Below, one piece after another: positions 1 to 8,886 of a stretch of DNA of 55,434 bases (positions are counted from its first letter, which is position 1; every line of letters starts with the position of its first letter). The stretch is from the IMG/VR virus record IMGVR_UViG_3300025769_000146, positions 1 through 55,434 of that record; one strand, given 5' to 3'. Below the pieces are notes generated by a model, which had not been told where the DNA came from, searched no databases, and saw only the letters and a program-made list of their open reading frames with translations. Both the position numbers and the translations under genes were made by a program. Source of the DNA: a virus (lineage: Duplodnaviria > Caudoviricetes).

Positions 1-1
1 G

Positions 2-1426
2 GTTGGCACCACCTTCTTTAGTTGGGATGGCACGGGGGTCAGCCGGATGAAGAAGATCACCAACCAAGGTGGCTTCTCTATGGGGGCAGACTCGTCCATC
101 GTCATTGCTGCCGGGGATAATGTCGATGCCTACGTCACTGGTCGTGGCATCGTCGCCGCAACGACTGTGGAGAACTTGCATTTGGCCGCAGACGCCAATG
201 TGTACATCGCACCCAACCAGCAAAGCGGATATACGACCGCTGCCCAATGGGCGTTCACGACAAGCGGTCAAGTTCAGCCCGCATACAGTGGAGGGAACTC
301 GACTCCGACGTATTCGTTTAGCGCCGACCCCGACACCGGGATGCGCCTAACTACTGCTGGAAACCTACGCCTCAGTGCAACCACTGACGCCGCTTTTTTA
401 GACGTAGACGCTGTAAACTTGCGGATTAACACAAATCGGTACATCAGGGTTTCGGAGAGCCGCAACGAATTACTGTCTCTAAACCAAACATCCGCCACTG
501 GAAGCCCCTACATCTCTTGGAATCAAAACGGCACTCGCCGGATGTACCTCTCGTACAACAACAGCAACGCCTATACCTACCTCGTCAACGAAAACGGCGG
601 GACGATTGAATTGCAGACTACGGCTGACGAAGCCCTGACGGTGCGAGTCAGTAACGCGACCGGGAACCCTTACATCTCTCTTGCCAACAACGACGGCTAC
701 AAAGGCTATTGGCAGTCTTACGATGACGGTACGACCTACTTCGGCACGGCTATCGCCGGAGCCGCAACTCACATTCGCGATTTCGGAAACGCAATTAATC
801 TCCTGACGCTTGATTACAACGCAGCCTACATGGCTACGTTCAACGCCAACGTTGACTCTGTTGTGCGGATCAACACTACGTCAGCAACGGGGAGCCCGTA
901 CATCGCTTTCTCTCAAAACCTTAATAGGCGGGCGTACATCCAATACGCCGATTCTGGGGATTGGTTGAACATCGTCAACGAGGTTGATGGCGTTCGCATC
1001 TACGCTGCGAACAGTATCCGAATCCAATCAGATTCTACGACGTCCACCCAGTGTCGCACTGGATTTCTCAATGGACAGGTGTACGCGGCTGAATACCAGA
1101 CCCAGTACGAAGACACAGGCACGGTCAACCTAGATTGGGATCTCGGAAACCAGTTGGTGATCGACTTTGATTCTACGAGCACGACGACGACCATCGACAT
1201 CCAAGAGAATCTGATGCAAGCGGGTGGGTCATATGTCGTCCTCCTCCAGTACAACGGTGGCTCCGCTCAGACCGTCGCGTGGACAGGTACGGGCTTGCTT
1301 TGGGCCAACGGGGATGTGCCTACGACGGCCACGGGCGCAACAGCGGGAGACATTACGGTCGTCCAATTCTTCAAGACGACGACCGCGACCCCCAAGATCA
1401 TCGGCTCTTACTTCGTGGTGACTTGA
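2..1426 (+). CDS. Tail fibre / receptor-binding protein, C-terminal part (5'-truncated by window edge)
   Basis: Frame is open from base 2 (GTT GGC ACC...) into the listed 47..1426 ORF. T/N/S/G-rich, with three repeats of SATG(S/N)PYI and a PTYSFSADPDTGM fibre-type motif. Confidence 0.8.
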   Translation, partial: VGTTFFSWDGTGVSRMKKITNQGGFSMGADSSIVIAAGDNVDAYVTGRGIVAATTVENLHLAADANVYIAPNQQSGYTTAAQWAFTTSGQVQPAYSGGNSTPTYSFSADPDTGMRLTTAGNLRLSATTDAAFLDVDAVNLRINTNRYIRVSESRNELLSLNQTSATGSPYISWNQNGTRRMYLSYNNSNAYTYLVNENGGTIELQTTADEALTVRVSNATGNPYISLANNDGYKGYWQSYDDGTTYFGTAIAGAATHIRDFGNAINLLTLDYNAAYMATFNANVDSVVRINTTSATGSPYIAFSQNLNRRAYIQYADSGDWLNIVNEVDGVRIYAANSIRIQSDSTTSTQCRTGFLNGQVYAAEYQTQYEDTGTVNLDWDLGNQLVIDFDSTSTTTTIDIQENLMQAGGSYVVLLQYNGGSAQTVAWTGTGLLWANGDVPTTATGATAGDITVVQFFKTTTATPKIIGSYFVVT

Positions 1427-1965
1427 TGGCTTTCCCTTATCTAGTTGTCGGTGCCATCGGCGTTCCTGTCACAGACACAATTTGGGCAAACGGCGACCGC
1501 ACCACCTCTCAATGGGAGGACGAGGGTGGGGCGACGACGAACCTCTGGCAGTCGGTCGATAGCGAGTCCGACACCGATTACGTCACTCTCCAAATCGTCA
1601 TCCTCGATGACACGCGAACCCTCGGATTCAACATGGAGACACCAAACGGTGATCCGATTGGTTCGCAGACGGTCGAGGTTCAGGTGAGGGCTAGGTATCT
1701 AGAGCCGGGGGTGAGTCTGTCCAACGCACCAGAACTGACGATTCGGTTTGACGAAAACAACACCCAGCGGGCAACCGGATCAGCGACAGCCCTCACCACA
1801 GCGTTCGCTGACTACTCTTTGTTCCTAAACCAGACTCAAATCAACAGCGTCACCGATTGGGCCGACGTTGAAGTCGATATGCTATTCGATAACACGATGA
1901 ACACGGGCTTAGACGAAGAGGCCAATTTTGAAGTCTCTGAGTGCCGTGTGATTTTCTCACCCTAA
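1426..1965 (+). CDS. Fibre-associated virion protein (beta-rich, acidic)
   Basis: ATG at 1426 overlaps the fibre TGA (TGATG); reads MAFPYLVVGAIG...; lies directly after the fibre gene. Confidence 0.65.
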   Translation: MAFPYLVVGAIGVPVTDTIWANGDRTTSQWEDEGGATTNLWQSVDSESDTDYVTLQIVILDDTRTLGFNMETPNGDPIGSQTVEVQVRARYLEPGVSLSNAPELTIRFDENNTQRATGSATALTTAFADYSLFLNQTQINSVTDWADVEVDMLFDNTMNTGLDEEANFEVSECRVIFSP

Positions 1966-1979
1966 CCCCCTGAAGACTC

Positions 1980-2117
1980 ATGGCATCTTTCACCACACTA
2001 CACATCGCTGTCGTTGCCTTCGCCTTCTTTGCTGGCGCTTTGGTTGCCAAGATGGTCGCCAGGAAGCAAGTTGAGCCGTCCACTGGTGCTACCAAGCCTA
2101 GAGATCGACTCAACTGA
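1980..2117 (+). CDS. Small single-TM membrane protein (45 aa)
   Basis: Read by hand: MASFTTLHIAVVAFAFFAGALVAKMVARKQ...; its stop overlaps the next ATG (TGATG). Confidence 0.55.
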   Translation: MASFTTLHIAVVAFAFFAGALVAKMVARKQVEPSTGATKPRDRLN

Positions 2118-2374
2118 TGGCTATCACACGCAGACGTATTTCTGTTGCCTTCGACCTGGACCCTGAAACAGGTGAGGTCGTCATGGCGCACATCGGGTAT
2201 CAAGACGCTTTCCCCGACGAGCCTGCCAACCCAGGCTACACGCCCCCGCCTATCGCTAATCGCATCGGCTACAGCCGCGACGATTTCACGCAGGGCGAAA
2301 AGGCAATGATGGACGCCATCGTCCCGCTGTTGGGCGACAAGCTCGACGCCGACAGGCCGATCAACCAGGGGTGA
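2117..2374 (+). CDS. Hypothetical protein
   Basis: Translationally coupled ORF with normal composition. Confidence 0.65.
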   Translation: MAITRRRISVAFDLDPETGEVVMAHIGYQDAFPDEPANPGYTPPPIANRIGYSRDDFTQGEKAMMDAIVPLLGDKLDADRPINQG

Positions 2375-2438
2375 CGCGACCTATCGGGTGGCGTATTTTT
2401 AGCGGTTCCACAATTCCAAGGCGCAGGGAGTTTTCGCT

Positions 2439-2801
2439 ATGATCCAGATGGAAGTCCATCTCATTAAGCCGGTGATGCAGATCATTGAGCAGATTGGTGA
2501 GAAGTTGCCTCTCCGTACAGCGGTCAGGCTTGGCAAGGCCCACAAGGAACTCGACGTATGGCAGTCAGAGTTCGACAAGCGAGTTCAGGAAGTTCTGGCG
2601 ACCTGTCTCGAGGAGGGTGAGACGGAGATCAAGCCTGACCATCCGAAGTGGGTGGACTTTCAAAACGGAATCCAGGACATCGTTGGAGACGAGGCTCCCG
2701 ATATCGAGATTGAGCCGTTCAAATTTGACGATTTGGAGGGTGTCGATCTCACCCCGGTTCAGGCTCGCATTCTGTTTGAGGCAGGGCTGCTGACCGACTA
2801 G
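2439..2801 (+). CDS. Hypothetical helical acidic protein (resembles DUF1617-type proteins found after fibre genes)
   Basis: GGGAG RBS; KLPLRTAVRL...ELDVWQSEF pattern; position after the fibre genes. Confidence 0.6.
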   Translation: MIQMEVHLIKPVMQIIEQIGEKLPLRTAVRLGKAHKELDVWQSEFDKRVQEVLATCLEEGETEIKPDHPKWVDFQNGIQDIVGDEAPDIEIEPFKFDDLEGVDLTPVQARILFEAGLLTD

Positions 2802-2841
2802 GTTGCTTTGGGGCACAACCCTCAGAGTTTCTAGGAAGGCA

Positions 2842-3132
2842 ATGCAGATAGAAGAACAGAGGCAGGGGCGCGATGACCTCTCTGAAGAGGAGGTTGCACT
2901 CCTAATCGCCAAGCGCAAACAGCAAGAAGCTGAAGCGGAAGAGGCGGATGAACGTGAGCGCATCAAGACGATCATTATCGGCCTGGGTGGGCTTGCTGGG
3001 CTTTTGGTTGGTGTTGTTGGTTTCTTGGTGCGCGAAAACCTTCTTATCGGCAGTGCAGGGTTTATTGCGTCCTTCATCGCGGTCGGCGTCATCACAGCCG
3101 GTGAGGGTGCCAAGCTACTCGGACGAGGGTAA
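2842..3132 (+). CDS. Putative holin (2 TM)
   Basis: Two hydrophobic segments after a charged N-terminus; immediately upstream of the endolysin candidate. Confidence 0.6.
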   Translation: MQIEEQRQGRDDLSEEEVALLIAKRKQQEAEAEEADERERIKTIIIGLGGLAGLLVGVVGFLVRENLLIGSAGFIASFIAVGVITAGEGAKLLGRG

Positions 3133-3136
3133 AAGC

Positions 3137-3613
3137 CTGTTAACTCTTGAACTCCATCGCTTCGCGTTCGGAGAGACGAGCACTCTCGGAAAACTGTACG
3201 TCGATGGCGTACCTTCGCGACGGTTTGAGTGCTTCGTCTTAGAAGACGAACGCCGCGCCGTTAAGGTGGCGCACGAAACGTGTATCCCACCGGGGGTCTA
3301 CGAAATCCAACTGCGGGAAGGGTCGCCCAGCTTCGGTCACTACGACACGAAATTCGACAATCATAAGGGTGTGCCACATCTCCAAGCGGTGCCGGATTTC
3401 GAGTGGATTTACATACATCCAGGCAATCGCGAATCCCAGACCAGTGGCTGTCTTCTTCCTGGGCTTCACCCTGTCATCCTCCCTGACGGCGAGTTTGAAG
3501 TCCATAAGTCCACACAGGCGTACCTAGAGGTCTATCGGAAAATCAAGCTGGCGATAGACGCTGGTGACCGTGTCGTCATCCACATCACTGAAGATGCCCG
3601 TCCGAAAGCGTGA
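3137..3613 (+). CDS. Putative endolysin, DUF5675-type L,D-peptidase
   Basis: STLGKLYVDG...CFVLED...CIPPGVYEI...VPDFEWIYIHPGN...TSGCLLPG matches the His/Cys pattern of this family. Start (CTG after GAGGGT) is inferred. Confidence 0.8.
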   Translation: MLTLELHRFAFGETSTLGKLYVDGVPSRRFECFVLEDERRAVKVAHETCIPPGVYEIQLREGSPSFGHYDTKFDNHKGVPHLQAVPDFEWIYIHPGNRESQTSGCLLPGLHPVILPDGEFEVHKSTQAYLEVYRKIKLAIDAGDRVVIHITEDARPKA

Positions 3614-4136
3614 CGCGCTAACCCTAGCGATAGTCGTCGCAGCGTTCCTTTGGGGGCGGGGTGGACGCGCTGATCCAGAGGTGCGTTATCAACGGGTCGA
3701 GGTGCCGGTGGAGGTTCTCTTAGAGCGAGAACCGGACACGGTTGTCACTTTTGTGGATCGCATTAAGTACGTCAACGTACCCCCGGTGCAGGTCGCGGTC
3801 GCCTCCCAGGGGGCACAGAGCGAGGTTCAAGCGTTTTGTCGGCCCATTACGGTAAGCCAGACGGTGACGGATACAGTGTACGTTGAACCAACGCTGCTTC
3901 TTCGTTCAGTATCTGTCGATCAAGCGATGTGGACTGGACGCAATGAAGTGTTCTTGACCGGCTTACTCTCCAATGGTGATCTGATTGGCACGGATTACAG
4001 TGTTCGTGGCAGTTGGTCGGCTAGGGTGAATGCTGACTCAGTAATTGTGCTTCAATCTCGTATGTCCTGGCTCAAGGGTGCGATGGAGTTCGCGATCCCG
4101 TTGGCGGCGGGAGTCTTTTTGGGTGGTGCGTTTTGA
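3594..4136 (+). CDS. Putative lysis accessory / spanin-like membrane protein
   Basis: N-terminal and C-terminal hydrophobic segments; follows the endolysin. Confidence 0.5.
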   Translation: MPVRKRDALTLAIVVAAFLWGRGGRADPEVRYQRVEVPVEVLLEREPDTVVTFVDRIKYVNVPPVQVAVASQGAQSEVQAFCRPITVSQTVTDTVYVEPTLLLRSVSVDQAMWTGRNEVFLTGLLSNGDLIGTDYSVRGSWSARVNADSVIVLQSRMSWLKGAMEFAIPLAAGVFLGGAF

Positions 4137-4981
4137 CAAAGTCAGCTTTGGTGTTCTTCTCGGACACTCATTGTGGTTCTACGATCGGCCTCATGCACCC
4201 AGATGGTGTCATGCACGACGACGGTCAAATGATCATGCCGTCGAAATTGCAAGAGTATCTGTGGGGAAACTGGGTGAAGTTTCGCGCCGACATCGCACGG
4301 CTAACCAAGGGTTATCGCACTCACGTTTTCGGGGTGGGAGATCTTACAGATGCTGACCACCATCGTAGCACCCAGCTTCTGAGTAACGATGAAGGCATTC
4401 ACATCCAAGTCGCAGCGGATTGCATCCAATTCTTGCTAGAAGGTTTCAAGTACGAATCCCTCCACGCTGTGAGGGGAACACCAGCCCACGTTGGCAAAGC
4501 TGCGGGGCTAGAAAAGGCTGTCATGGGACGGCTGAACCGCGAGGGCGTCAAGCATATCGTAAAAGACCCCACTACGAACAGTTTTGTCTGGCCGTTCGTC
4601 TACGCGGAGATCGACGGTGTCCTCTTCGATATTCGCCACCATGGACGCGCCGGTCAGCGGGAGCACACTCGGGCAAGTTACTCGAGGCTCTACGCCTTGG
4701 ATATGTATTTGAGTCATCACCTAGAGGGTCGCCGACCAGCGGATGTGGCGATTCGGGCGCACCTACATAAGTACATGGACTCCGGCTATGACCACCGGGG
4801 CATCACAAGAGCGATCCAACTCCCCTGCTGGAAATTGCACGACGAGTTCACTCGCCGGATTAGTATCGAATCGATGCCGGATTGTGGCGGCTTGGTCATC
4901 TTGTTGCACGACGGTGTCCCTCAAGTCCACCCTCTTCTATACAAACCAGAGGCCGACCCTCAAAGGATTTGGAAGCCATGA
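4133..4981 (+). CDS. Calcineurin-like metallophosphoesterase
   Basis: Motifs DTH, GDLTD, GTPAH, HHG and AHLH. Confidence 0.85.
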   Translation: MTKSALVFFSDTHCGSTIGLMHPDGVMHDDGQMIMPSKLQEYLWGNWVKFRADIARLTKGYRTHVFGVGDLTDADHHRSTQLLSNDEGIHIQVAADCIQFLLEGFKYESLHAVRGTPAHVGKAAGLEKAVMGRLNREGVKHIVKDPTTNSFVWPFVYAEIDGVLFDIRHHGRAGQREHTRASYSRLYALDMYLSHHLEGRRPADVAIRAHLHKYMDSGYDHRGITRAIQLPCWKLHDEFTRRISIESMPDCGGLVILLHDGVPQVHPLLYKPEADPQRIWKP

Positions 4982-5223
4982 CAGAGAATGAGATGATTGC
5001 GGAGCTTGAACGCATTCAAGAGATCGTGCGCCAAGGTCCAGACGATGCGCTCACGACTCGGGAGTGGATGTCGGCGACAGGACTTGGGGAGAAGACGATA
5101 AGAAATCGGCTGCACGTTGCGAAGGACTTGGGACGCCTGGAGCGCGTCACAGTCTTTCGGGAAGATCTACGCGGGCAGACCTACCCTGTCGTCGCGTATA
5201 GACTCAGCCAGCCGGTAGACTAA
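4978..5223 (+). CDS. Small winged-helix DNA-binding protein
   Basis: ATGA overlap at 4978; LTTREWMSATGLGEKTIRNRL is HTH-like. Confidence 0.6.
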   Translation: MTENEMIAELERIQEIVRQGPDDALTTREWMSATGLGEKTIRNRLHVAKDLGRLERVTVFREDLRGQTYPVVAYRLSQPVD

Positions 5224-5249
5224 AGAAGTACAGGTTGCTAAAGATCTCC

Positions 5250-5294
5250 TTGATCGATTACAGTATCGTCCTAATACGAAATCGACGTAATCGA
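5250..5294 (+). promoter_or_regulatory. Promoter/operator region with inverted repeat TCGATTAC...GTAATCGA
   Basis: AT-richer intergenic gap; TTGATC at 5250; perfect 8-bp inverted repeat 5254-5261 / 5287-5294; strong AGGAGG RBS downstream. Confidence 0.45.
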
Positions 5295-5314
5295 AACATC
5301 ATCAAGGAGGTATC

Positions 5315-6208
5315 ATGGGGGAGTTTCCTCTCCTGCTGCCCGAAGACGACCAACCCCTCGTCTTCCCCAGAGTCCCCTTCCACATTTATCGGGGCTGGGA
5401 TGCGGTAAACTCAAGCCGACTGAACAAGCTCGGCAAAGGGTCGATGCGGCACTTCCTGGCGGATCATTCAGATTCCACTGCCGCGACCAACCTCGGACGG
5501 GTCTACCATAGTCTGGTGCTGACTCCCGCCCTCTTTACTGCGGAATACATCCTTCAAGGCCAGTGCTCACAGACCACAGCGCGTGGCTCGCAGTGTTCTA
5601 AGAAGGCGCAAGTTGTCATCGACGGCACAATGTTCTGCACCACACATCGACCCAGGGGCATGGAACCAGATGGGGTCGAGGTCGTCACCGCAACGGTTTG
5701 GGATCAAGCACATCGGATGATGGAGGCGACCCTAGAGTTGGACATGGCGGCTTTCCTGCTCGACTCTGCTGTCGAGCGAGAAATGGCCTACGTCTGGACT
5801 GAGGAGACATCCGGTATGCGCTGCAAGGCGTTGATCGATGCCGACTCGTCCGACGAAGACGCGATCATTGATCTGAAGACGACTCGGGACATCAACCCAG
5901 ATGGTTTCCGTCGCTCAATCCTTCGTTACGGCTATCATCGCCAAGCAGCTTTCTACTTCAACGGTGCGCTGAATGTCGGGCGAGCACGAAAGAATTTCTA
6001 CTGGATCGCTCAAGAGTCCGTTCCCCCTTACGACACGGTTGTGTATCAGCCGGGGCCAGACATGATCTCACAGGCAGCGGAGACGTTGTACCGTTGGCTG
6101 TCAGAGATTGGCGAGTGCCGTGAGTCGGATGAGTGGCCTGGGTTTGGGGCGAATGGCAGCGTCACCCTGTTTCTACCTGAGTGGATGAACTACGAGGAGG
6201 AGGAGTAA
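5315..6208 (+). CDS. RecE/exonuclease VIII-like PD-(D/E)XK nuclease (DUF3799-like) with CCCH insert
   Basis: NSSRL, LGRVYHSLVL, CKALID, IIDLKTT and YGYHRQAAFY motifs. Confidence 0.85.
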   Translation: MGEFPLLLPEDDQPLVFPRVPFHIYRGWDAVNSSRLNKLGKGSMRHFLADHSDSTAATNLGRVYHSLVLTPALFTAEYILQGQCSQTTARGSQCSKKAQVVIDGTMFCTTHRPRGMEPDGVEVVTATVWDQAHRMMEATLELDMAAFLLDSAVEREMAYVWTEETSGMRCKALIDADSSDEDAIIDLKTTRDINPDGFRRSILRYGYHRQAAFYFNGALNVGRARKNFYWIAQESVPPYDTVVYQPGPDMISQAAETLYRWLSEIGECRESDEWPGFGANGSVTLFLPEWMNYEEEE

Positions 6209-6209
6209 G

Positions 6210-7148
6210 ATGGATTTCGTAAAGGCGCGAAAATCGCAAGCTAAGGCGCGGGTCGCCTTGATTGGCCCAACCGGAGCAGGGAAGACCTATACCGCGCTCG
6301 TCATGGCGACGGGCATGGCGAAAGAAATCGGAAAGAACGCTTCGATTGTCGTCATCGACACAGAGCATAACTCTGCCGCGAAGTACAGCGATCAGTTCGA
6401 CTTCATGGTTCCTGCTTCGACGCTGCCCGACCACTCCCCTGCGAGTTACGTCAAGGCTATCGAAGCGTGTGAAGATGCTGGCTTCGACATCATCATTATC
6501 GATTCACTGAGTCATGCATGGGTCGGCAAGGGTGGTGCCTTGGAAATGAAGGATCGTTTCGCCGCACGGTCTAAGTCTGGCAACACGTTTCAAGCGTGGG
6601 CCAAGGTGACGCCGGAGCACAACGCTCTGATGGAGAAGTTGATTTCGTCCAAGGCTCACATCATCGCTACTATGCGGTCCAAGATGTCGTATGTCCAAGA
6701 GAAAGACGAGCGTGGGCGGACTCAGATCCGCAAGGTCGGCATGGCTCCGGTTCAGCGTGATGGCGTTGAGTATGAGTTCGATCTGATCGGCGACATCTCT
6801 CGCGAGCATACGATGACCATCGACAAGACTCGTTGGAGCGATATCGACAGCTTCCATGGGATCGTGACGGAGAACTTCGGTCGTGATCTGGTCCGGTGGC
6901 TTTCGGACGGTGTCGAGGCTCCCACGACCGCTGCTCGCGACTACAAGAGCCAGGTTCGCGACTACTTGAAGGCCAATCCAGATTTCGACTTCAACGCTTT
7001 TGTGTCTCAGGTCGTTGTCGATGCCCTTCCTGTTGAGTCAGACCCTAAGACATGGACAGAGGGTGATTTCCGTGAGGTCTTCGCGATGCTCCCCCAGGGA
7101 GGCACGAAGAAGGCGAAAAAGAAGAAGGGGAAGATCGCAGTTAACTAG
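6210..7148 (+). CDS. Sak4-like AAA ATPase (recombinase)
   Basis: Walker A GPTGAGKT, IDTE, IIIDSLSHAW, QRDGVEYEFD; next to the exonuclease. Confidence 0.85.
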   Translation: MDFVKARKSQAKARVALIGPTGAGKTYTALVMATGMAKEIGKNASIVVIDTEHNSAAKYSDQFDFMVPASTLPDHSPASYVKAIEACEDAGFDIIIIDSLSHAWVGKGGALEMKDRFAARSKSGNTFQAWAKVTPEHNALMEKLISSKAHIIATMRSKMSYVQEKDERGRTQIRKVGMAPVQRDGVEYEFDLIGDISREHTMTIDKTRWSDIDSFHGIVTENFGRDLVRWLSDGVEAPTTAARDYKSQVRDYLKANPDFDFNAFVSQVVVDALPVESDPKTWTEGDFREVFAMLPQGGTKKAKKKKGKIAVN

Positions 7149-7178
7149 GCAAGGCGTCGGGGCACCATCACATGAGAG

Positions 7179-7706
7179 GTGAAGATGTTTCGCACGATCC
7201 TTACTGTTGCTCTTCTTTTTGCAATCAGCCCTAGTGGCATTGCAGTGTCTGAGGTGGATGGATCGACACCTGTGCCTCTGCCAGAACCGTGGGAGCACCA
7301 TGTCTCAGACATTGAATCCAGCCTCTATCGTTGGCCCTTAGCGGACAGTTCCCTTGTTCCTCGAGTAGCGAACGCGGTAGCCAAGAATGCTTACAAGGCG
7401 GGGGTGAAGCCGGACTTAGTCCTAGCTGTCATGCGTGTCGAGAATCCTTGGTTGAAACCGGACACGGTTAGCTATGCGGGCGCAGTCGGTCTTCTTCAGG
7501 TGATGCCGCGTTACTGGAGTGAGGAGTTTCCTCATTGTGGTTACGACCTTGCCGACATCGACACAAATATCTGCAAAGGTGTTCTGATCCTACTCCACTA
7601 CTTAGAAACCAACGTCGATCTTGAACGTGCGCTGCTGGCTTACAACGGGTGCCGTTCGGCTTACTGCGAGGTCTATTACGATCATGTCACGCGACACCTT
7701 GACTGA
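7179..7706 (+). CDS. Lytic transglycosylase (SLT domain) with signal peptide
   Basis: AVMRVEN (catalytic Glu), GAVGLLQVMP, NICKG and ALLAYNG; hydrophobic N-terminus. Confidence 0.88.
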   Translation: MKMFRTILTVALLFAISPSGIAVSEVDGSTPVPLPEPWEHHVSDIESSLYRWPLADSSLVPRVANAVAKNAYKAGVKPDLVLAVMRVENPWLKPDTVSYAGAVGLLQVMPRYWSEEFPHCGYDLADIDTNICKGVLILLHYLETNVDLERALLAYNGCRSAYCEVYYDHVTRHLD

Positions 7707-8079
7707 TACAGAGTCGGCTGGTGGCACTCGCTATTCTGAGGGCAAGCCTTCAGGTTGGTGGTTCGCCCCCTTGAAGGGTTTGGAGTTGATCATGCCGGTG
7801 GCGACTGCCGGTGCCAAGAAGTATGCGCCCAAGGATTGGTTGGTCGGCCAGAGTTACTCCACGCTTCTCGACTGCGGAATGCGCCACATGATACAGGTCA
7901 TGCATTACGGAGTGGAAGCGAAAGACGCCGAAACGGGCCACCTACACCTCGCTCACGCAACATGGAATTTTCTCGCCCTACTCACTTTCATGGCTCTGGG
8001 TCGGGACGACCTAGACGATGTAAGCGTGTGGGATGGTGTCACAGCGGCAGAGCGCGACTCCGTTGATGCGAAGTGGTGA
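7684..8079 (+). CDS. dATP/dGTP diphosphohydrolase (DUF5664-like)
   Basis: GTRYSEGKP, GAKKYAPKDW, MRH and DAETGHLHLAHATWN. Confidence 0.85.
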   Translation: MSRDTLTDTESAGGTRYSEGKPSGWWFAPLKGLELIMPVATAGAKKYAPKDWLVGQSYSTLLDCGMRHMIQVMHYGVEAKDAETGHLHLAHATWNFLALLTFMALGRDDLDDVSVWDGVTAAERDSVDAKW

Positions 8080-8091
8080 GTGTGTAGTTGA

Positions 8092-8886
8092 ATGGAATTG
8101 AAGCACACTTTCTTCTCATCCGCCGCCTGGCTAAAGCCACGAAGGTTCTCTCAGCCTGAAGCGTTTCTGGACTTGGTGGGCTCGTATGAGTCAGGGATCG
8201 TTAAGGGCGAGGCTCGGGATTTTTTTTCCCTGCGGTGGTCGTGGGCACCCGACGAGGTGGAGCGATTCACTCAGTCCTTGGTCGATTCGGGGTGGTGGAA
8301 CCCCAAAAGGGAGCGTGTGGGGCGACCGGCGATCCGCCACGGTCTAGCACAAGGACCACCCGCCGCGCAACGTGAGATGGTAGAGGCCCTTCATAAGCTC
8401 TACAACGAACTTTTTGGTCGTCGCCTTACACTCACCAAAGCCCGTCGTGCGGCTTACGGTTGCCTTCTCTTCGCAGGACTGAACAAGGAAAAAGACCCGT
8501 TGGACAAATTTCGCAAGCTCTGTCGGGTCGTTCAGTCTAAGGAGTTCTATATGAGTGATCTGAAGCTCCACGCTCCAGAGTCGTTGTTTCGCAATACAGA
8601 TAGGTGTGAGTCTTGGTTAGAAGAGGCTTCAGGCCACAAGCCCCTCTCCCCGTCTCATGCGGAGGAGAGGAAGAAATTGTCAGGATTTGTTCGTCCTACG
8701 CCTAGTCAGCCAAGCCTAGAAACACCAGACATCAATGCGCTATATGCCGCCATGAGCGCGGAGCAACAAACGGTTCTTCAAGCTGAATTCAATGAGCGCA
8801 AGAAGCGCCTGACGGGCCTATCGCGATTCCGTGACACAATGGAAGAGGCTGTTTGGAGCGAGATCGTGACGAGGGCTGCGCGTTGA
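8092..8886 (+). CDS. Putative replication initiator / helicase loader
   Basis: FSQPEAFLDL...RWSW...VERF resembles phage replisome-organiser N-termini; coupled to dnaB. Confidence 0.55.
   Translation: MELKHTFFSSAAWLKPRRFSQPEAFLDLVGSYESGIVKGEARDFFSLRWSWAPDEVERFTQSLVDSGWWNPKRERVGRPAIRHGLAQGPPAAQREMVEALHKLYNELFGRRLTLTKARRAAYGCLLFAGLNKEKDPLDKFRKLCRVVQSKEFYMSDLKLHAPESLFRNTDRCESWLEEASGHKPLSPSHAEERKKLSGFVRPTPSQPSLETPDINALYAAMSAEQQTVLQAEFNERKKRLTGLSRFRDTMEEAVWSEIVTRAAR

Noticed and set aside
2948-3136. N-terminal extension of the endolysin given in the ORF track
   Set aside because: It overlaps the holin candidate in another frame; the family pattern starts only at ~3137.
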